A DNA stretch of 64,000 nt from an uncultured Hyphomonas sp. GTDB taxonomy: Bacteria > Pseudomonadota > Alphaproteobacteria > Caulobacterales > Hyphomonadaceae. Positions 1 through 8,554 of the stretch are shown one piece after another. Each line of letters starts with the position of its first letter. Positions within the stretch are counted from its first letter, which is position 1. The DNA lies in the NCBI GenBank assembly GCA_963677035.1, contig OY781472.1, positions 2,879,658 to 2,943,657 on the forward strand. Reading direction: 5' to 3'. The notes beneath the pieces are model-generated. The model made no database searches. It saw only the letters and a program-made list of their open reading frames with translations, and had not been told where the DNA came from. The position numbers and the translations under genes were made by a program.

Positions 1-360
1 AGCTTCTACTCCGAAATGGTCTGGTCCTGCCGCAAGAAGAAGGCACAGACGTCGCGGCGGCCGATCGACTGGATCGTGATGCGCAACCGGATGTCGCCGC
101 TGGCGGCGCGGAACAAGGAGCGCGTCGGCGAGGCGCTCGACAATCTGTCCAAACGGATTGGCTTCCGCCTTGCGCCGGGCCTGTCCGAGCGCGTGATCTA
201 TCGCGAACTCTTCCCGGCCGGTCTGACGCTGCTGGACCTGACGGAAAAGGGCTCCAATGTTTCCTTTACGATGAGTCATGTCGCGGCCCGCCAGGAGATG
301 CGCGACCTGATCATCATCCTGCAGCTGCCGGAACTGACCGGCGCGGAAATCACCTTCTGA
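1..360 (+). CDS. mipZ: ParA-like division-site positioning ATPase MipZ, 3' part (open at window start)
   Basis: Frame 1 is open from nt 1. The C-terminal sequence DWIVMRNR..ARNKERV..LSKRIGFR.APGLSERVIYRELFPAGLT.LDL closely parallels the C-terminus of Caulobacter MipZ as I recall it. Confidence 0.75.
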   Translation, partial: SFYSEMVWSCRKKKAQTSRRPIDWIVMRNRMSPLAARNKERVGEALDNLSKRIGFRLAPGLSERVIYRELFPAGLTLLDLTEKGSNVSFTMSHVAARQEMRDLIIILQLPELTGAEITF

Positions 361-459
361 TCTGCAGCGCGACTGACGCGAGGTGAGGCCAGCCCGGTGC
401 TGGCCTTCTTTGTTTTTCGGCGTCACTCTGCCTCTCAAAAGAAATTGGGAGGCAGGCGC

Positions 460-1464
460 ATGGTTTTCAACAATACCGATTGGGTGTGGCAGGTCCGGGA
501 AGATGTCCTTGAGCCGGAGCGCGAGATCGTCGATCCGCACCACCATCTCTGGCCGAGTGAGGATATGGGCTACCGGGTGCCGGACCTTCTGGCGGATCTG
601 ACCAGTGGGCACAATGTCGTGCAGACCGTGTTCATGGAATGCGGCGCGGCGTATCGCAAGGATGGGCCGGATCATCTGAAGCCGATTGGCGAGACGGTGT
701 TCGTGACGGACTCTGCGGCGCAGATGAAAGCAAAGGGCGGGCCCTATATTGCGGCGCTGGTGGCGCATGCGGATCTGCGTTTGCCGCTGGCGCAGCTGGA
801 TGAAGTTCTGGATGGCCATGTCGATGCCTCGAAGGGCCTGTTCCGCGGCATCCGTCATGCCGGGTCCCGTGATGCCAGCGGGGCGACGCTCCGGATTCCG
901 GGCCATGCCCCGCCGCGCCTTTATGCCGAGCCGGATTTCCGGCGCGGGGTGCAGCATCTGGGCGCGCGCGGCTTCACCTATGACACCTGGCACTATCACC
1001 ACCAGAACCGGGACTATCTGGACCTCGCGAAAGCCTGTCCGGACACGACCATGATCCTCGACCATTTCGGCACGCCGATTGGCGTTGGCCCTTATGAAGG
1101 CAAGCGGGATGAGATCTTCGAGGCCTGGAAAGATGAGATGGCCGCGATTGCCGAATGTCCGAATGTCTTTGCCAAGATCGGCGGGCTGGCCATGCCGGAC
1201 AATGGCTTCGGCTGGGACAAGCGGGATATTCCTCCGACATCGGATGAGGTCGTGGAGCAGCATGAGCGCTGGTATGACCACATGATCAAATGCTTCGGCC
1301 CGGAGCGCTGCATGTTCGAAAGCAACTTCCCGGTCGACCGCTGGTCACTGAACTATGTGGTTTACTGGAACGCGATGAAGAAGATCGCAGCGAAGTATCC
1401 GGAAGACGCCAAGGCGGCGATGTTCGCCGGCACGGCGCGGAAGGTTTACGCGGTCGAGGCCTGA
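460..1464 (+). CDS. Amidohydrolase-2 family protein (lactonase/decarboxylase-like metal hydrolase)
   Basis: IVDPHHHLW metal motif near the N-terminus and TIM-barrel amidohydrolase-like length. The ATG at 460 is preceded by GGGAGG at 446-451; the longer track start at 397 has no SD. Confidence 0.75.
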   Translation: MVFNNTDWVWQVREDVLEPEREIVDPHHHLWPSEDMGYRVPDLLADLTSGHNVVQTVFMECGAAYRKDGPDHLKPIGETVFVTDSAAQMKAKGGPYIAALVAHADLRLPLAQLDEVLDGHVDASKGLFRGIRHAGSRDASGATLRIPGHAPPRLYAEPDFRRGVQHLGARGFTYDTWHYHHQNRDYLDLAKACPDTTMILDHFGTPIGVGPYEGKRDEIFEAWKDEMAAIAECPNVFAKIGGLAMPDNGFGWDKRDIPPTSDEVVEQHERWYDHMIKCFGPERCMFESNFPVDRWSLNYVVYWNAMKKIAAKYPEDAKAAMFAGTARKVYAVEA

Positions 1465-1525
1465 GCCAGCACCTGCGGCCGGACTGGCGGGCGCCATCCG
1501 GTGGGGGGAGTTGGTTCTGTGTGGT

Positions 1526-1609
1526 GCATCCTTCGACCTGCCTCAGCATGAGTCCGTAAGAGGGGTGCGCCTGAGAACGGGACTCATCCTGAGCGAAGTC
1601 GAAGGATGA
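1526..1609. repeat. Palindromic intergenic element (about 30-bp inverted arms, about 24-nt loop), REP/MITE-like
   Basis: Arm GCATCCTTCGACCTGCCTCAGCATGAGTCC (1526-1555) pairs with GGACTCATCCTGAGCGAAGTCGAAGGATGA (1580-1609) with 4 mismatches. The CATCCTGAGCGAAGTCGAAGGATG core resembles a widespread bacterial intergenic palindrome. Confidence 0.7.
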
Positions 1610-1632
1610 CTGGCGGCGCACGAAAGACCCGG

Positions 1633-2001
1633 CTAAGGCGGACCCCGCACGTGCAACCCATGATCATACCGGACTACGCCATGACCAGGCATGACCATAC
1701 CGGACTTAACCGGATCATACCGGACTTGTGCAGACGACGCGCGCACGCAGGCGGGCAGATCACTGCCAAGGGCAGGACGCTCCCAGGCCGCCACACGCGG
1801 CGCTTCATATGTATAGAGATCATTGGGTGGCGGGGCATCGGCCACGAAGATCAGCCGGATGTTGCCAAAGCAATCGACCGCCATCAGGGCATCCCGCCCG
1901 GTGCGCGTATGCCAGCGGGCAACACGCAGCAGGTTCCACACCAGCCACGGCCAGAAGAGCGGCCAGACATGGTTGAAATAGCGTTGAAGGTCAGGATGCA
2001 T
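1633..2001 (-). CDS. Hypothetical protein (Trp-rich hydrophobic N-terminus), orphan
   Basis: It is the only ORF in the 860-nt gap with GC-rich third positions (first about 80 codons). There is no SD and I recognise no family. The last about 30 codons run through the phased direct repeats. Confidence 0.4.
   Translation of the reverse strand: MHPDLQRYFNHVWPLFWPWLVWNLLRVARWHTRTGRDALMAVDCFGNIRLIFVADAPPPNDLYTYEAPRVAAWERPALGSDLPACVRASSAQVRYDPVKSGMVMPGHGVVRYDHGLHVRGPP
1665..1726. repeat. Three direct copies of CATACCGGACT (GA[T/C]CATACCGGACT) starting at 1665, 1696 and 1716
   Basis: Read directly from the sequence. Spacings of 31 and 20 bp equal about 3 and 2 helical turns. Confidence 0.6.
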
Positions 2002-2055
2002 ACCCGGAAGGATGGGGCCGCGCCCTGTCAGACGAATCCAGATGACCCCTGCGGT

Positions 2056-2157
2056 GTCATCCCGGAAAACGCGAGGCGTTTATCCGGGACCTTGTTCCTG
2101 TAATGCGCACGCCAGCAACAAGGTCCCGGATATTTGCTCCGCAAATTCCGGGATGAC
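2056..2157. repeat. Nested palindromic element (41-bp inverted arms, each with an internal hairpin), MITE/REP-like
   Basis: GTCATCCCGGAAAACGCGAGGCGTTTATCCGGGACCTTGTT (2056-2096) pairs with the reverse complement of AACAAGGTCCCGGATATTTGCTCCGCAAATTCCGGGATGAC (2117-2157). Differences are confined to the inner-hairpin loops. Confidence 0.75.
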
Positions 2158-2327
2158 AGGGGAAGGGTGTGGGACTGGGCCGCGATATCCCTCATTGCGA
2201 TACAATCCGGCGTGTGTTGACGCAGCGAGAGGCGGCTGCGGTCTCGTTTTCGCGCTGTTCGGGTGGGCTGCTTCTGCTAGGATTACCGCAGAGGAAACGC
2301 AAAAACCAAAAATGGGAGGCCAGCGCC

Positions 2328-3758
2328 ATGAGTGCCGACATGAAATTCACGATGACAATCAACGGGAAAGCCGTCACCGGCGCCGAGACATTCGGTGTCG
2401 AAAACCCGGCGCTTGGCGAGGTGTTCGCTGAGGCCCCGAACTGTACGCAGGCGGAGCTGGACGAAGCCGTCGCGGCCGCCCGGGCCGCGCTGCCCGCCTG
2501 GCGCAAGACGCCGATTGAAAAGCGTAAGGAAATCATGCTGGCGATTGCCGGTGTCATCGGCCAGCACGGCGAGGAACTTGCGCGCCTTCTGACGCAGGAG
2601 CAGGGCAAGCCGTTCGAACAGGCGATGGGTGACGTGCTGGGTGGGGCGCACTGGTTTGCCGAAACGGCCAAGCTGGACATTCCGGAAGTCGTCTCGCAGG
2701 ACGATGAGGAGCGCTACACGGTCACCCGTTTTGAGCCGATTGGCGTGGTTGCCGCGATCGTTCCGTGGAATTTCCCGGTTATTCTGGCGGCCTTCAAACT
2801 GGCGCCCGCGCTGCTGGCAGGCAACACGATCGTGCTGAAGCCGGCGCCGACGACGCCGCTGACCACGCTGCGCATTGTGGAACTGATCCGCGACGTGGTT
2901 CCGACCGGCGTGCTGAACGTTGTGTCGGGCGATGACCGGCTCGGCCCGTGGCTGACCGGCCATTCCGGGATCGACAAGATCAGCTTCACCGGATCGACCC
3001 AGACCGGCCGCAAGGTGATGGAAGGGGCTTCGAAAGAACTGAAGAAGGTCACGCTGGAACTGGGCGGCAACGACGCCGCTATCGTGATGCCGGACGTGAA
3101 TGTCGAAGCGGTGGCGAAGGAGCTGTTCTGGGCGGCCTTCCAGAATACCGGGCAGATCTGTATCGCCACCAAGCGCATGTATGTGCACAAGGATATCTAC
3201 GAGCCGCTGAAGGCCGCGCTGGTCGATTATGCCAAGACCGTGAAGGTCGGCGACGGATCCCAGCAGGGCACGCAGATCGGTCCGATCCAGAACAAGGCGC
3301 AGTATCAACGCGTGCTGGACCTGATTCAGGATTCCAAGGACAAGGGCTACAAATTCCTGATCGGCGGTGAAGCCTCCACGGCGCCTGGCTATTTCGTGCC
3401 GGTCACCATCCTCGACAATCCGCCGGAAGACGCGCGGATCGTGCAGGAGGAACAGTTCGGCCCGGTCCTGCCGCTGATGTCGTTCGATAGTCTCGATGAG
3501 GTCGTGACCCGCGCCAATGATACGATTTACGGTCTCGGCGCGTCTGTCTGGAGTGCCGATCTGGCCAAGGCGCAGGAGATCGCCGACCAGCTCGAAACCG
3601 GCACGGTCTGGATCAACGAAACCCAGCACCTGTCGCCGCTTGCCTCCTTCGGCGGGGCCAAACAGTCCGGCATCGGCAGCGAGGGCGGCGAACATGGCCT
3701 GCTGGAATTCTGCCAAACCAAGACGACGAATGTCCGCCGAAACGCAACATTTGCCTGA
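2328..3758 (+). CDS. NAD(P)-dependent aldehyde dehydrogenase
   Basis: ALDH motifs ELGGND and GQICIATKR (catalytic Cys). ATG 2328 is preceded by GGGAGG at 2314-2319; the track start at 2169 lies in the repeat region. Confidence 0.9.
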   Translation: MSADMKFTMTINGKAVTGAETFGVENPALGEVFAEAPNCTQAELDEAVAAARAALPAWRKTPIEKRKEIMLAIAGVIGQHGEELARLLTQEQGKPFEQAMGDVLGGAHWFAETAKLDIPEVVSQDDEERYTVTRFEPIGVVAAIVPWNFPVILAAFKLAPALLAGNTIVLKPAPTTPLTTLRIVELIRDVVPTGVLNVVSGDDRLGPWLTGHSGIDKISFTGSTQTGRKVMEGASKELKKVTLELGGNDAAIVMPDVNVEAVAKELFWAAFQNTGQICIATKRMYVHKDIYEPLKAALVDYAKTVKVGDGSQQGTQIGPIQNKAQYQRVLDLIQDSKDKGYKFLIGGEASTAPGYFVPVTILDNPPEDARIVQEEQFGPVLPLMSFDSLDEVVTRANDTIYGLGASVWSADLAKAQEIADQLETGTVWINETQHLSPLASFGGAKQSGIGSEGGEHGLLEFCQTKTTNVRRNATFA

Positions 3759-3800
3759 GGCGGCCAGACGGCTGGCTGAAAGCAGACATCACTGACAAAG

Positions 3801-3838
3801 AGAGGCGGGCGCGATGACGGGCCCGCCTCTGCCTTTTG
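3801..3838 (+). terminator. Rho-independent terminator after the aldehyde dehydrogenase
   Basis: AGAGGCGGGC (3801-3810) pairs with GCCCGCCTCT (3821-3830), followed by GCCTTTT. Confidence 0.7.
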
Positions 3839-3919
3839 CCGCTCTCTTATGTGTTGACCGCCCCAAGGGCAGGTGCGGTTGCGAAGGGCGGGCGAGGCCG
3901 GATTTGAAAGGAATACATT

Positions 3920-4678
3920 TTGGACCCCTATTTTTACCGGAAAGACGACTCCGCGATTGCCACGGAACATGGCGCGGGCCCCTGGGATCCGCGCATGCTG
4001 CATGGCGGCGCGCCGTCGGGCCTGATTGCCAGCATCGTCCAGAATTTGCCGAGCGAGGTGCCGATGTCGGTGACGCGTCTCACCATCGACCTGCAGCGCC
4101 CTGTGCCGGTGGGGCACCTGGACATCGATGTGAACATCACCCGCGAAGGCCGCAACATTCAGACCTCGGAAGTGATCCTGTCTGCCAATGGAAAGCAGGT
4201 CGTCCGGGCCTCGGGGCTGAAAATCCGCAAGGCCGAGCTGGAGCTGCCGGAAGCCTCCGCGATGCCGGAAGTGCCAGGCACCATCCCGGAAACCCCCATT
4301 GGCTTCCCGCGTGCGGTGGGCTTCAACACGGCGGTGGAGATGCGCACGGAAGACCCGGCGGCGGTCTCGCGCAAGGCGGTCTGGTTCCACATCAAGCGGC
4401 CCTTCCTCGACAGCCAGGAGACGACGCCGCTGATGCGGGCGGCGGCGACGGGCGACTATTGCAACGGGTTCGGGTCGACGCTCGACTTTGACGTGTGGAC
4501 CTACATCAACGCCGACCTGACGCTGCATTTCGCACGCGAGCCTGTGGGCGAGTGGATCAAGCTGGAGGCCAATTCCTGGATCAGCCCGGATGGCCGCGGG
4601 CTGGGCTTCGGGGAATTGTCGGACCAGCACGGCCCGTTCGGCCGGGCGGTCCAGTCGCTGGTGATCGCGAAGCGCTGA
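3920..4678 (+). CDS. Thioesterase family protein (TesB-like double hot-dog)
   Basis: N-terminal GPWDPRMLHGGAPSGL motif and length fit acyl-CoA thioesterase-like proteins. TTG start follows an AAAGGA SD. Confidence 0.6.
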   Translation: MDPYFYRKDDSAIATEHGAGPWDPRMLHGGAPSGLIASIVQNLPSEVPMSVTRLTIDLQRPVPVGHLDIDVNITREGRNIQTSEVILSANGKQVVRASGLKIRKAELELPEASAMPEVPGTIPETPIGFPRAVGFNTAVEMRTEDPAAVSRKAVWFHIKRPFLDSQETTPLMRAAATGDYCNGFGSTLDFDVWTYINADLTLHFAREPVGEWIKLEANSWISPDGRGLGFGELSDQHGPFGRAVQSLVIAKR

Positions 4679-4723
4679 TGCGGCAGGCTTTGCCGGGGGG
4701 CAAAGCTCGCCTATACGCCGCGC

Positions 4724-5875
4724 ATGACGACATTTCCGTTTGAGATAAAGGCCCGGCAGGGCAAGGCGCGGACCGGCGTGCTGAAGACGTCGCGGGGCGA
4801 GATCCGCACGCCGGCCTTCATGCCCGTGGGCACGGCAGGCACCGTCAAGGCCATGTATATGGATCAGGTGAAGGGTGCCGGGGCGGATATCATCCTCGGC
4901 AACACTTATCACCTCATGCTGCGCCCCGGCGCCGAGCGCGTGAACCGTCTCGGCGGCCTGCACAAATTTGCGCATTGGGATGGCCCGATGCTGACCGACA
5001 GCGGCGGTTTTCAGGTGTGGAGCCTGGCGCAGCTGCGCAAGATGGACGCCGACGGGGTGACCTTCCAGAGCCATATCGACGGGTCGACCCACCGGCTGGA
5101 CCCGGCGCGCAGCATCGAGATTCAGGCAGACCTGCTGGGCGCCGACATCTCCATGCAGCTGGACGAGTGCACGAACTTTCCGTGCACGCATGAGGAGGCC
5201 GAAGAGAGCCTTGAACTGTCCCTGCGCTGGGGCGAGCGGAGCCTCGACGCGTTCGGGGAGCGCGACACGCAGACCCTGTTCGGCATCATTCAGGGCTCGA
5301 ACTTCGCCGACCTGCGCGAACGCTCTGCGAAGGGTGTGGTCAGTCAGGGCTTTGGCGGTATCGCGCTGGGCGGTCTCGCCGTGGGCGAGGGGCATGAACA
5401 GATGTGCGAGACGATCGACATGACCGTGCCGCATCTGCCGGATGGCATGCCGCGCTATGTCATGGGCGTCGGCAAGCCGATTGACCTGGTGGAGAGTGTG
5501 GCGCGCGGCATCGACATGTTCGATTGCGTGCTGCCGACGCGCTCCGGCCGGCATGGACAGGCCTGGACCTGGGCAGGGCCTGTGAACATCAAGAATGCGA
5601 AGTTCGCCGAAGACCTCTCCCCGCTGGACGAGGCGGTCGACTGCCCGGCCAGCCGTGACTATCCACGCGCCTATTACCACCACCTGTTCCGCGCCGGGGA
5701 ATATCTGGGGCCGATGCTGCTGAGCTGGCACAACACAGCCTTCTTCCAGGCCCTGATGCAGGAGATCCGGGCGTCCATCGCCGAGGGGCGGTTCGAGGCG
5801 CTGAGGGCGCGTCTCAGCGAGGCCTGGGCCTCCACGAAGTCCAAACCCCGGACAGGAGAAGGCCCGGACGCCTAG
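4724..5875 (+). CDS. tgt: Queuine tRNA-ribosyltransferase
   Basis: Full-length match to Tgt hallmarks: [24 protein letters not shown] and the zinc-site region CDC.LPTR. Confidence 0.95.
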   Translation: MTTFPFEIKARQGKARTGVLKTSRGEIRTPAFMPVGTAGTVKAMYMDQVKGAGADIILGNTYHLMLRPGAERVNRLGGLHKFAHWDGPMLTDSGGFQVWSLAQLRKMDADGVTFQSHIDGSTHRLDPARSIEIQADLLGADISMQLDECTNFPCTHEEAEESLELSLRWGERSLDAFGERDTQTLFGIIQGSNFADLRERSAKGVVSQGFGGIALGGLAVGEGHEQMCETIDMTVPHLPDGMPRYVMGVGKPIDLVESVARGIDMFDCVLPTRSGRHGQAWTWAGPVNIKNAKFAEDLSPLDEAVDCPASRDYPRAYYHHLFRAGEYLGPMLLSWHNTAFFQALMQEIRASIAEGRFEALRARLSEAWASTKSKPRTGEGPDA

Positions 5876-6501
5876 TCCTGTGTATCGGTCTTCAGGTCCG
5901 CCTTGTCAGGTTCGGTGACATCCTCATTGGGGCTGGCGGGTGGCTTACATCCGCGGGCCAGGCCGATGCCTTTGAGGTAGGCGCGCCGCTGGGCGCCGAG
6001 CTTGTAGGCCCGGTTGTATTTCTTCTGATAGGCATAAGCGCCCGTTGCGCGCCGCACGAGGCTGCGGAAGGGAATCAGACTGCTCGCGGTGGAAGAAATC
6101 GTGTCGAGCGCGGCGGTCGAGGCCTCGTCGGCCAGTTTTTCGGTGCTTAGCCTTTCATCCGGGTTTTCGGTATCCCAGTCCGGGCCAAGAGCCGCGTCCA
6201 GTTGGGTCACGATCGCCGCGATTTGCCGGCAGCTGATATCATCAGGCACGTCATAGGGGCTCTCGATACCTTTCAGGATAGGGGGAATCGGGGAGCGTGT
6301 GAGGTTCAGGTCCTCCAATGGCGACATGGCGGCCTTCGGAAGGCCGTTCTTCGTCTGCGTGTAGACGCTGTCTGCCGCGGTTTCGGTGTCGTGGACCAGA
6401 CCGTCAGAGCTGGCCGGGTTTTCCCCTGGGGCAGGTTCGGGGCTGCTGGCGCAGGCTGCGGCCAGCATGAGGATGGGAAAGAGGATGTTGGAATATCGCA
6501 T
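5872..6501 (-). CDS. Hypothetical lipoprotein
   Basis: Signal peptide with lipobox LAAAC|AS and GC3-rich codons. No family recognised. The stop overlaps the tgt stop within a CTAG. Confidence 0.6.
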   Translation of the reverse strand: MRYSNILFPILMLAAACASSPEPAPGENPASSDGLVHDTETAADSVYTQTKNGLPKAAMSPLEDLNLTRSPIPPILKGIESPYDVPDDISCRQIAAIVTQLDAALGPDWDTENPDERLSTEKLADEASTAALDTISSTASSLIPFRSLVRRATGAYAYQKKYNRAYKLGAQRRAYLKGIGLARGCKPPASPNEDVTEPDKADLKTDTQD

Positions 6502-6558
6502 GATTTCAGTTTGAGCGGATAAATGTGGCGACTTGTGGTGATTGAGTGCAGGCGGGTG

Positions 6559-6587
6559 TTGACCCGCCTCGAACCCTTCTCTAAATG
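6559..6587 (+). promoter_or_regulatory. Candidate sigma70-type promoter for tRNA-Lys
   Basis: TTGACC (6559-6564), N17, TAAATG (6582-6587), ending 12 nt before the mature tRNA 5' end. Confidence 0.45.
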
Positions 6588-6599
6588 GGCCGCTCTGGC

Positions 6600-6675
6600 G
6601 TGCCCTTAGCTCAGCTGGTAGAGCAACTGACTTTTAATCAGTAGGTCACAGGTTCGAACCCTGTAGGGCACACCA
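6600..6675 (+). tRNA. tRNA-Lys (anticodon UUU), CCA encoded
   Basis: Cloverleaf folded by hand: acceptor GTGCCCT/AGGGCAC, D arm GCTC..GAGC, anticodon stem ACTGA/TCAGT with loop CTTTTAA, T arm ACAGG-TTCGAAC-CCTGT, then ACCA. Confidence 0.95.
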
Positions 6676-6820
6676 TTTCTTCCTCTCAGCCTCCCTTCGC
6701 GTGGTTATCGTGACCGCCAGCATAGCGCCGGTATTGGTCTGCGATAAAGCCTCTATATCCCCTCTATATGCTGTACGCGCCCGGCTTGGTCTCCGCGCCG
6801 TTTGGTCGTAAGAGGCCGAT

Positions 6821-7657
6821 ATGGACAGCGCCGTTCGAAACACCGTCAGGGAAGACCTCCTCCACCGGCTTTCCGAGGGGCGCGGCCTGTTGATGGGCAT
6901 CCTCAATGTGACGCCTGATTCCTTTTCTGACGGGGGCGCGCATTACGGCCTTGCGGACGCGGTCCGGCATGCCGGGCAGATGCGACACGATGGCGCCGAC
7001 ATAATTGATATCGGCGGGGAATCGACCCGTCCCGGCGGCGAAGAGGTCGATGCTGGCGAGGAGTGGCGGCGTGTCTCGGGCACGATCGCTTCACTGGCAG
7101 GCTCTGGCGCGTTGCCGCTGTCGATCGACACATACAAGGCTTCTGTCGCGCGCCAGGCGGCTGAGGCCGGCGCTGTGATCATCAATGACGTCTGGGGCAT
7201 GACCCGTGACCCCGACATGGCCAGCGCCGTGGCTGACACCAACAGCCTGGTCGTGGTGACGTACAATCGGGGCGCAGCGGATGCCGCCATCGACCTGCGC
7301 AGTGATATGGCAGCGTTCTTTCAGGACAGTTTCGAACTGGCCGGTGCACACGGCATTCCGCGCGAGCATATGATCCTCGACCCCGGCGTGGGCTTCGGGA
7401 AAACATATGAGCAGAATTTTGGCGTGCTCGCCAATCTGGACGTGCTTGTCGATACCGGCTGCCCCGTTCTTGTCGGTGTGTCCCGCAAGTCCTTTATCGG
7501 GCGCCTGACGGGAAACCCTGTCGGCGACCGCCTGACGGGAACACTGGCGGCAAACCTTGATAGTCTCTGGCGGGGGGCATCCATCCTGCGTGTGCATGAT
7601 GTTGCCGCTCACCGCGAAGCCCTCAACATGCTGGAAGCGATCGAGAAAGCAAAATGA
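6821..7657 (+). CDS. folP: Dihydropteroate synthase
   Basis: GILNVTPDSFSDGG and DIGGESTRPG motifs. SD AGAGG at 6811-6815. Confidence 0.9.
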   Translation: MDSAVRNTVREDLLHRLSEGRGLLMGILNVTPDSFSDGGAHYGLADAVRHAGQMRHDGADIIDIGGESTRPGGEEVDAGEEWRRVSGTIASLAGSGALPLSIDTYKASVARQAAEAGAVIINDVWGMTRDPDMASAVADTNSLVVVTYNRGAADAAIDLRSDMAAFFQDSFELAGAHGIPREHMILDPGVGFGKTYEQNFGVLANLDVLVDTGCPVLVGVSRKSFIGRLTGNPVGDRLTGTLAANLDSLWRGASILRVHDVAAHREALNMLEAIEKAK

Positions 7658-8019
7658 CCGACCGAGTCTTCGTCACCAATCTGTGCCTTCATGGGTTTCA
7701 TGGTGTGCACAATGCCGAGAAGTCTCTCGGTCAGAAATTCTATATCGACATGGAGTGCGAGCTGAAGCCGCAGGTCGCCCGCAAAGACGAGATGTCCGAG
7801 ACCGTTCACTATGGTGAGCTTTGCGATCTGGCTGAACGGTTGTCCGGAGAGACGGTGTTCAATCTGATCGAAACCTTTGCCGAGCGGATTGCCTTTGCTG
7901 TGCTGGAAGATCAGCCGCTGGTCGAACGGATCACCGTGACGGTCCGCAAGCCCTCCGCGCCGATCCGTCATTTTGTGGATCATGTCGGAGTGGTTATAAC
8001 TCGCAGCCGGAATGATTGA
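7654..8019 (+). CDS. folB: Dihydroneopterin aldolase
   Basis: Length (121 aa) and the G.HG....E...GQ.F.ID pattern fit FolB. ATGA overlap with folP; sits between folP and folK. Confidence 0.85.
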   Translation: MTDRVFVTNLCLHGFHGVHNAEKSLGQKFYIDMECELKPQVARKDEMSETVHYGELCDLAERLSGETVFNLIETFAERIAFAVLEDQPLVERITVTVRKPSAPIRHFVDHVGVVITRSRND

Positions 8020-8542
8020 CGCATATCTGGAGCTAGGCACCAATCTGGGCGACCGGGAAGCCTATCTGGCGCGCGCGCTGGCGCAGCTGGACGGCGCAGA
8101 AGGGATTCGCCTCGGCGAACTTTCCCGCGTCTACGTTTCCAAAGCCTGGGGCGGGCTGGAACAGCCTGACTTTCTGAACGTCTGCGTGCAGATCGAAACG
8201 AGTCTGCCGCCGCATGGCCTGCTGGATGTCTGCAAAGGCATTGAACAGGCCCTGGGCCGTCAGGTGCGGGAACGCTGGGGGCCGCGGGAAATCGACATCG
8301 ATATCCTTCTGATGCAGGGCATCGACATCGATACGCCGACGCTGACGATTCCGCATCCGCGTCTGACGCAGCGCCGGTTCGTGCTGGAGCCATTATCGGA
8401 CATTGCGCCGCGGTGGGAGATTGATGGCTTGCCCGTGTCGCTGTTGGCAGAAACCCTGCGGATTGACGAACCGGAGCAGGTCTGCATGCCAGACGAAAAA
8501 GCCACGCAGCGCCTGGCGGAACTGCGTGGCCCTTCAAAGTGA
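8012..8542 (+). CDS. folK: 2-amino-4-hydroxy-6-hydroxymethyldihydropteridine diphosphokinase
   Basis: The HPPK pattern LGTNLGDR ... WGPREIDIDIL ... IPHPRL..R.FVL.PL is present. Overlaps the folB 3' end. Confidence 0.9.
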   Translation: MIDAYLELGTNLGDREAYLARALAQLDGAEGIRLGELSRVYVSKAWGGLEQPDFLNVCVQIETSLPPHGLLDVCKGIEQALGRQVRERWGPREIDIDILLMQGIDIDTPTLTIPHPRLTQRRFVLEPLSDIAPRWEIDGLPVSLLAETLRIDEPEQVCMPDEKATQRLAELRGPSK

Positions 8543-8554
8543 TGTCAGGGCGCC

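Noticed and set aside
3527-5731. A 734-aa minus-strand ORF spanning the aldehyde dehydrogenase 3' end, the thioesterase gene and tgt.
   Set aside because: It is antisense to three well-supported genes and crosses an intergenic terminator. Its Arg/Ala/Gly/Pro-rich composition is typical of stop-free antisense frames in high-GC DNA. No recognisable domain.
5872-5875. Convergent tgt and lipoprotein genes share overlapping stop codons within CTAG.
   Set aside because: This is a trivial consequence of compact gene packing. No hairpin or other signal is associated with it.
6676-6820. Possible ZTP/THF-type folate riboswitch upstream of folP; a CGTGACCGCC stretch resembles the ZTP CGUGAC core.
   Set aside because: The 3' pseudoknot element (CCGCCUGGGC-like) and the surrounding conserved helices are absent. 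Only a hexamer matches.
6600-6820. tRNA-Lys as an integration hotspot (genomic island or att site).
   Set aside because: There is no integrase and I saw no repeat of the tRNA 3' end downstream. The next genes are core folPBK with the same composition.
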